From positions 88,660,001 through 88,724,000 of the forward strand of contig OX597814.1 in NCBI GenBank assembly GCA_951406725.2: DNA of 64,000 nucleotides, read 5' to 3'. The stretch is from Octopus vulgaris. Lineage: Eukaryota. How positions within the stretch are numbered: the stretch's first letter is position 1; every line of letters begins with the position of its first letter. Of this stretch, positions 57,761-64,000 are shown one piece after another. The notes beneath the pieces were generated by a model. That model had not been told where the DNA came from and did no database searches. It saw only the letters and a program-made list of their open reading frames with translations. The position numbers and the translations under genes are program-made.

Positions 57761-57899
57761 AAAAACAGTTTCTCCAGACCATTTATAGAAAAAAGGGTCA
57801 ATATTCATGAACCTATTTCACTTCAAGCTGACTTTGTACGCCATGCTTTTAACAGCTTCTTTTCATAACTTACATAGACTTTAAGCAAGTGCTAAAATC

Positions 57900-59090
57900 T
57901 ATTGTTATGTATGCATCAAGGTTGAGAAGCAATTATATAGTTTCATAGTTAGGATTGTTACAATGATTCCATGCGATCTGTAGGCAGTTTCGAAGTTCCT
58001 ATCTGAGAATTTTTGAATTCGCGAAGATGGAAATAAATCACATTCTTTGTTTATCGCTTCAACATTTAGCATCTAATTTTTGATGGGTGTACTGCAAACT
58101 TGTGTCGTGAACACTTCAAGATTTACTGGATTTGGGCTTACCATTTTTCAATAGATATCAACAACGGAACTGCTGCAAAAATTACTAATGATGTCTTTTT
58201 TCAGTTGAAACACATGAAGGTAGATCTCAACTTCTCTACTTTATCTCCCGCTATAATCATTTCATACAGGATGTATCCCAAGGAGATGTGCAGAGATTTT
58301 ATCAACACATGTTCATTGTCAGTACCATAAAATTTACCGACGCTCAGAGACTAGTTCGGTCCTTTAGCTCTTTCGGTCCTTCACAACTTACGCTTTCTGC
58401 TACCCAACTATGCAACCACTCCTCGCTTTCCAGTCTCTTACTCCTATCCTTCAAAAGGAATTTAAAAAATCAATGCAGCTCTCAAGCGTAGACCTATCTA
58501 AGTGTTGCACACATCGCAGCTTTATCTCTCTGTCTCAGTCACGTTTCTCTTTTGAACGCCCATAACCATATGTGCTTTGTTTTTTCTTTCCTAGACCATC
58601 GTATCACATTTCAATCCACAGCTACTTTTTAATCACAATCTCGACCAAACTGTGTTAAATTTGTTTTTACATTCAACTGCTTTTGCTTTAGTATTTCATT
58701 TCTTTTGATCAATTTATCACTGTCATTGTTAATGCTTCAGAGAATGAATATATTTCTCTGGTTTAATCTACCATAGCCAGAATGTCTATCAAATATTAGA
58801 TTGCTTCTTCCATAATTCTTAGCTCTTCCATCTAAGAGCTAAAATTATCTCTCACTTAGGATGCCATTTTCTCTCACCTTCTATCCTTGCCTCATCACAC
58901 ACTTCTTCACAACCTTTGTTTTCTTGCTTCCCGACACCTCAGTCACTCATATCTTTCCATAGTCACTACATTATCCTTAAAAAATGATACAAAAGTCAAT
59001 GCTCCTCTCTAGTTAGTTGTTCCTTCACCCCAGATATACCCAAACGTTTCCTACCTCGTTGCCTTGTCTTTTTATCTTCCTTACAACCGT
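57900..59090 (-). mobile_element. RTE-like LINE remnant, highly decayed
   Basis: Degenerate NYRGIKL-like and FE.AYDR-like motifs on the minus strand. Confidence 0.4.
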
Positions 59091-59919
59091 TCTAGAAGAT
59101 CTCAAGCCTAGAATCATTGTGATCGATAGCTTGATGTAATATACTATGTAACTTACGAGCACTACGGTGCATTGTACTTAGGTAATAATGCTTACGGTTT
59201 GGAAGCTAGGTTTCGCGAGCACTTAGATGTTCGTTATTAACGCTCAGGCAGTCCTCAAATCCTTTGTCCGACACTTTAAAAAAAAAACAACAACGCATTC
59301 CAAATATTTCCCACTCTATTGTGTTTTCTGAGATTGGTTCTAATCACACTAGCGAACATATGGAGTAATACATAATCTTCAACTTAAGAATCACTACCCT
59401 CTATACCCCAATGCACATCATTAATTCTTAGGGTTAAAGAACAAGAACCACAGGCGTACAGATTAATCAGTGAGGGTTCCTCTACATGGTTTCTCGATCT
59501 ACCAGAAAAAGCAGTTACATCTCCGTCGAATCTCACCATATCATCTTTAATAAAGTAAGAACACTTTATCTATAATTCAGAAAAAAGGATGGGGAGGGAT
59601 TGATCCTGGCTAGAATGCTTTTGATTATAGGCCTGCTTGTCTTGGGGATCACAACAACAGGCGTACAGAAATACATTTGGAATGTGAAGAAAATACAACA
59701 TACTCAGACTCTCAATTTGCACCCCATATAATTCATTACTGCAGGCTCTGAATATGCAGTGCATTTCCTAGACAGGGAAATGTTTATATGTAGAACGAGA
59801 CATTTTGGGGTTGCACTTAGTCATTTAGGTGACTATCTGTGCATCATAGGTCTGTTCAATCAGAGCTGTGGAGGAGCTAAAAAACAACAGCGATACTTAT
59901 TTTTTATTTTCTTATTTAG

Positions 59920-60730
59920 AAGGTGGTGAGCTGGCACAATCGTTAGCCTGCCGGACAAAATGCTTAGTAGTATTTCGTCTGGCTCTTTACGTTCTGAGTT
60001 TAAGCTCCGCTGAAGTCGATTTTGCCTTTCATCCTTTTGGAATCGATAAAAGAATTACTGGGTCAATATAATCGATTAACCCTCCCAGCAAATTTCAGGT
60101 CCTGTGCATATAATAGGAAGGGTACCACCGACACAAAACCATTATCACGAATAATGAGACAAGCTCTTCGTGATCGCTCGAACTTCTAGAAGTGGCAACC
60201 AAATCTCCCTCAAATCACATCTCCCACCGTCTTGAAAAAGGTGTGATATGTTGGATTACTTTTCCAATACATATGTGTATGTGTTTGTGTGTGTGTGTGT
60301 GTGTACCTGTGTGTGTGTGTGTGCGTACCTTTAATCTTTTATTTCTTTCTGTCTATCGAATACGACCGTGCTGGGGCACCGCCTTGAAAGGTTTCTTATC
60401 GAACTGATGAAACCCAGTCCCTATTTTTAAGTCCGGTACTTATTTTATAGATGCTTTCACCGAACGGCTAAGTTACAGGGACGTAAACAAACCAACACTG
60501 GTTATCATGCAGTGGAATGGCGCAAACAGAGACACAAAAGCACAACACACACACACATACACATGTATATATGGGGCAGGCTTCCACAGTTTCCGTCTAC
60601 CGAAATGCACTCAAAAAGTCTGCCCGGGGCTATAGTGGAAGACACTCACCCAATGTGCCACGCAGTGGAATTGAATCCGAAACCACGTCGTTGCACAGAG
60701 AGCTTCTTAATCACACAGCTATGCCTGCTA
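59920..60730. mobile_element. Meta-like SINE (59920-60120 plus) and CORE-type SINE (60335-60730 minus)
   Basis: Family homology. Confidence 0.8.
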
Positions 60731-61641
60731 AAGTGTCTTTAGTGAGAAATAGATGTGGTCTACCAGGGCTGACCTGGGACAAGACAACGACAGTAAAAAT
60801 ATCGTTCTTAACTGCAGCTACAACGAAATTGGCAGGTCTACATTTATCTAAATGTATATTTTGACAGCATCGAGTGCAAGGTATATCTACAAAAAGGAGT
60901 AAACTAAAAGCAAAGAAAACAATTAATAATAAAGTAAATTAGTGGAAAAGATTAATAAAGATTAGTAGTTTAAATAAAACATTCACTTGAGGAACTGAAT
61001 ATTTTTTGTTGCTTTGTTTTTGCATCTGTTTGAGAACATCGCTGAGTATGACAGAAGACAACAGCCCAGACGAGTGCATCCTCAGTTATCGATCACATAG
61101 CAACTTTTAATACCATGCATATTATCTCATGTCGGCTATGTTAATTTTTTGTTTTATTCTTTTCCTTTCAGCGTGTTTTTCTTTCTAAAATTAACAGCAG
61201 ATGCAGATAGGGCCAAATAAATTGATTAAAAATCTCTGGTAATCAACACATACCGAGTGTGGTTCAGGTGGAAATTTAGGAACAATGAAATAGCTGCGAT
61301 AACAAGATGATAACAGACGGTCGCATTGTATTCTGGTAAGTTAAACAGAATTTTATGTTTTATTTTCACACGTACTAATATAAATAACAAGCCAATTTAA
61401 CTCCTACTAGTTTCAAACGAAAGATAGACTTGTTAATAATTTCTCTTGCTCTTGCTTGCCATTTCATGAGCGTTATATAGTTAGAATACAGTAATGTTCT
61501 CGAAGTGACAAACTTTTGGCTAGATCTCGATTTAAATGCCGTTTACTCATTACTCTTCAAATGATTCTTGAACAAGGGCCATTAGAGGTGTAATTTCATA
61601 AATTGTATAATCTTACTGCCATATAAGCCTTGAAGTTACGC

Positions 61642-61810
<169 letters not shown>

Positions 61811-63683
61811 TACAAAACGTTATTCGAGAATAAAGAGGCAAGCTGTAGTACGTTTTAAGTGAGTCGAATGTGTACATATCGTTTGACTTACCACCAATAC
61901 TCAAGCAAAAACACTCTTATTATCATTATAAGATTCAGTCATTATAAAACAAAGGTTTAACCTAACGTTGTAGTTGTTGCAAAATCTTTCAAAAAGCTGA
62001 AAGAAGATTTAATTCAGAAGTCAGTGTTTGAAAAGTACATTATAGGATATCTCTTGTATTTTAAGTAAGTATTACGTGTTACTTTCAGTTTCGGTTACTT
62101 TAATGATGATCGATTAAATTTCAGGTGGGCATATCTCTACAACGAAGAATGTTACGGTTTCTTTTCAAGGACAAATCACTTCGGTCCCAAACAGTTTATA
62201 AAGTACAAGCATTTTACATCTCATAAGGAAGATTTTACAAGTAACACTATTCAAACATTTTTCCCACTAAGGAGCTCCGTACACCTCTGAAATACACAAC
62301 TATTGTAGTATTTGTTCCACTGAACTTACTAACTATAAAATAACCTCACACACTCCAATCGATCAACCCATTTCTTCCATTATCTTCATTCTTTCGTTTT
62401 TTCTCTCATCTCTTAGATTTCAAGCTCAACCTTTGTTCAATACCCTCTCCTCATAAAAGCATACTCCTGCTGTTCCCTTGCAATGTTTTTCTCAAGATAC
62501 TATCAACCAGTACGTTCATTTCTTATATGGACCACATCTACTCGTCCCAGTTACCTCAGTCTAGACGAGATAATTATTTACGTTTGTAAGATAACCTATT
62601 TAAAGGTAGATGAATTGGTTAACTGGGAGTAAAGTACCTTGACAAAAGGTACAATGCAGTGCAAAATTTCAACTATAGTTTTCGAGATTGTCATTAATAA
62701 TACTCTCTACCATAGGCACAGGGCCTAAAAATTCGGGTTGGAGAGAAGGGTTAGTCTAGTAGAACAACTCTAGTATTTGGTTGGTACTCAGAAACTAAAG
62801 CCAGAAAAATGCTGTTAAAACATTTTGTCCAGCGCGGTAACGATTCAGCCAGCTCACAGCATTAATGATTATCACCAATAATTATGAACAAATGAAGCAA
62901 AAAAAAAAATATAGAAATCATGTTGTTCAAGACCTCATTTTAAGATGTATTTACTAGGAGCTTGGAAAGGTATTGCAACTGAAATAATAAACATAAAGAT
63001 TTGATAATAGGGAATGTTGGAATACATTATAAAATTTTAAGCAACTCAAGTGTCAAAGGATTCTTGTGTAACAAAGAGAAAGAAAATACAAGAAATGTCT
63101 TTTAAAGCGATCTGATATTGAAGTAAATGTCAATTTCTTGATATAATTCGGCTTTTACGATTGATTGTTGCAAACCGAGTTATGTAAACCAATTTAAGCT
63201 CTTGATTGAAAGAACTGTTGTGCATTTTAGCGTGATGTAGATGTATTAGTCACCGATGAAATCCCAACACAGGATTGAAACTAGTTCAACTGATCCTTCA
63301 TTTTGTGGAGACGCGTAGCCAACTGGTTAGGATGTTGTACTCATGATCACAAAGTCGAAGTTTCGATCTGGACTCATGATATGTTTTATTATTGGCCAAA
63401 GCGCTTTATTTTGCATTGGCTCCAGTCTTTTCAACTGAAAATTAATACTAGCCTAGCGTCTGGGCCGTTACAACATTTATTCTCTTCTCCCTTAAACATG
63501 AAACAGTCCATGTTGCCACACAGAAAAAAACTATTATTATAAATAGCAATCAACGAAGAGATGAGTCAATAATATATTAAAATTAATGCTTCATGCATCT
63601 AGTTCGCTAGCATCTCCACTTACATAAGGTAGGACACCAGATCACATACATATTCAGTTTTGGATTAATATATTCTGTATTCT

Positions 63684-64000
63684 AAGGCGGCGAGCTGGCA
63701 GAAATGTTAGCACACCGGGCGAAATGCGTAGCCGTATTTCGTCTGCCGTTACGTTCTGAGTTCAAATTCCGCCGAGGTCGACTTTGCCTTTCATCCTTTC
63801 GGGGTCGAATAAATAAGTACCAGTTATGCATTGGGGTCGATATAATCGACTTAATCCGTTTGTCTGTCCTTGTTTGTCCTCTCTGTGTTTAGTCCCTTGT
63901 GGGTAGTAAAGAAATAGGTATTTCATCTGTCTTTACGTTCTGAATTCAAATTCCGCCGAGGTCGACTTTGCCTTTCCTTCTTACAGGAGTCGATAAATTA
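63684..64000 (+). mobile_element. Meta-domain-like SINE dimer, runs off the window end
   Basis: Full unit 63684-63918, followed directly by a headless second body. Confidence 0.93.

Overview
AT-rich, repeat-dense eukaryotic non-coding DNA. The SINE families and the (TA)n/(CA)n/(TAA)n microsatellite load suggest an octopus/coleoid cephalopod genome; this is inferred from recognised repeats, not from a database search. No intact protein-coding gene is supported: listed ORFs are microsatellite translations or broken transposon frames. The window holds decayed Penelope-like elements (PLEs), R4/Dong-type restriction-endonuclease non-LTR retrotransposons in (TAA)n tracts, RTE, CR1/Jockey and L1/Tx1 LINE remnants, Tc1/mariner remnants, a MITE with an 8-bp target-site duplication (TSD), and many tRNA-derived SINEs. 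Four observations stand out. (1) Minimal type-I hammerhead ribozyme motifs with a non-canonical UUGAAAA (U3-A8) core and a palindromic stem III in PLE-like tails (11018-11059 minus, 7718-7756 plus). (2) Five snap-back (foldback) inserts in or beside (TA)n tracts, one a near-perfect 208-bp-arm hairpin. (3) Five copies of a ~558-bp non-coding element that inserts strand-specifically into (TAA)n next to Dong elements. (4) SINE multimers that appear to arise by self-targeted insertion.
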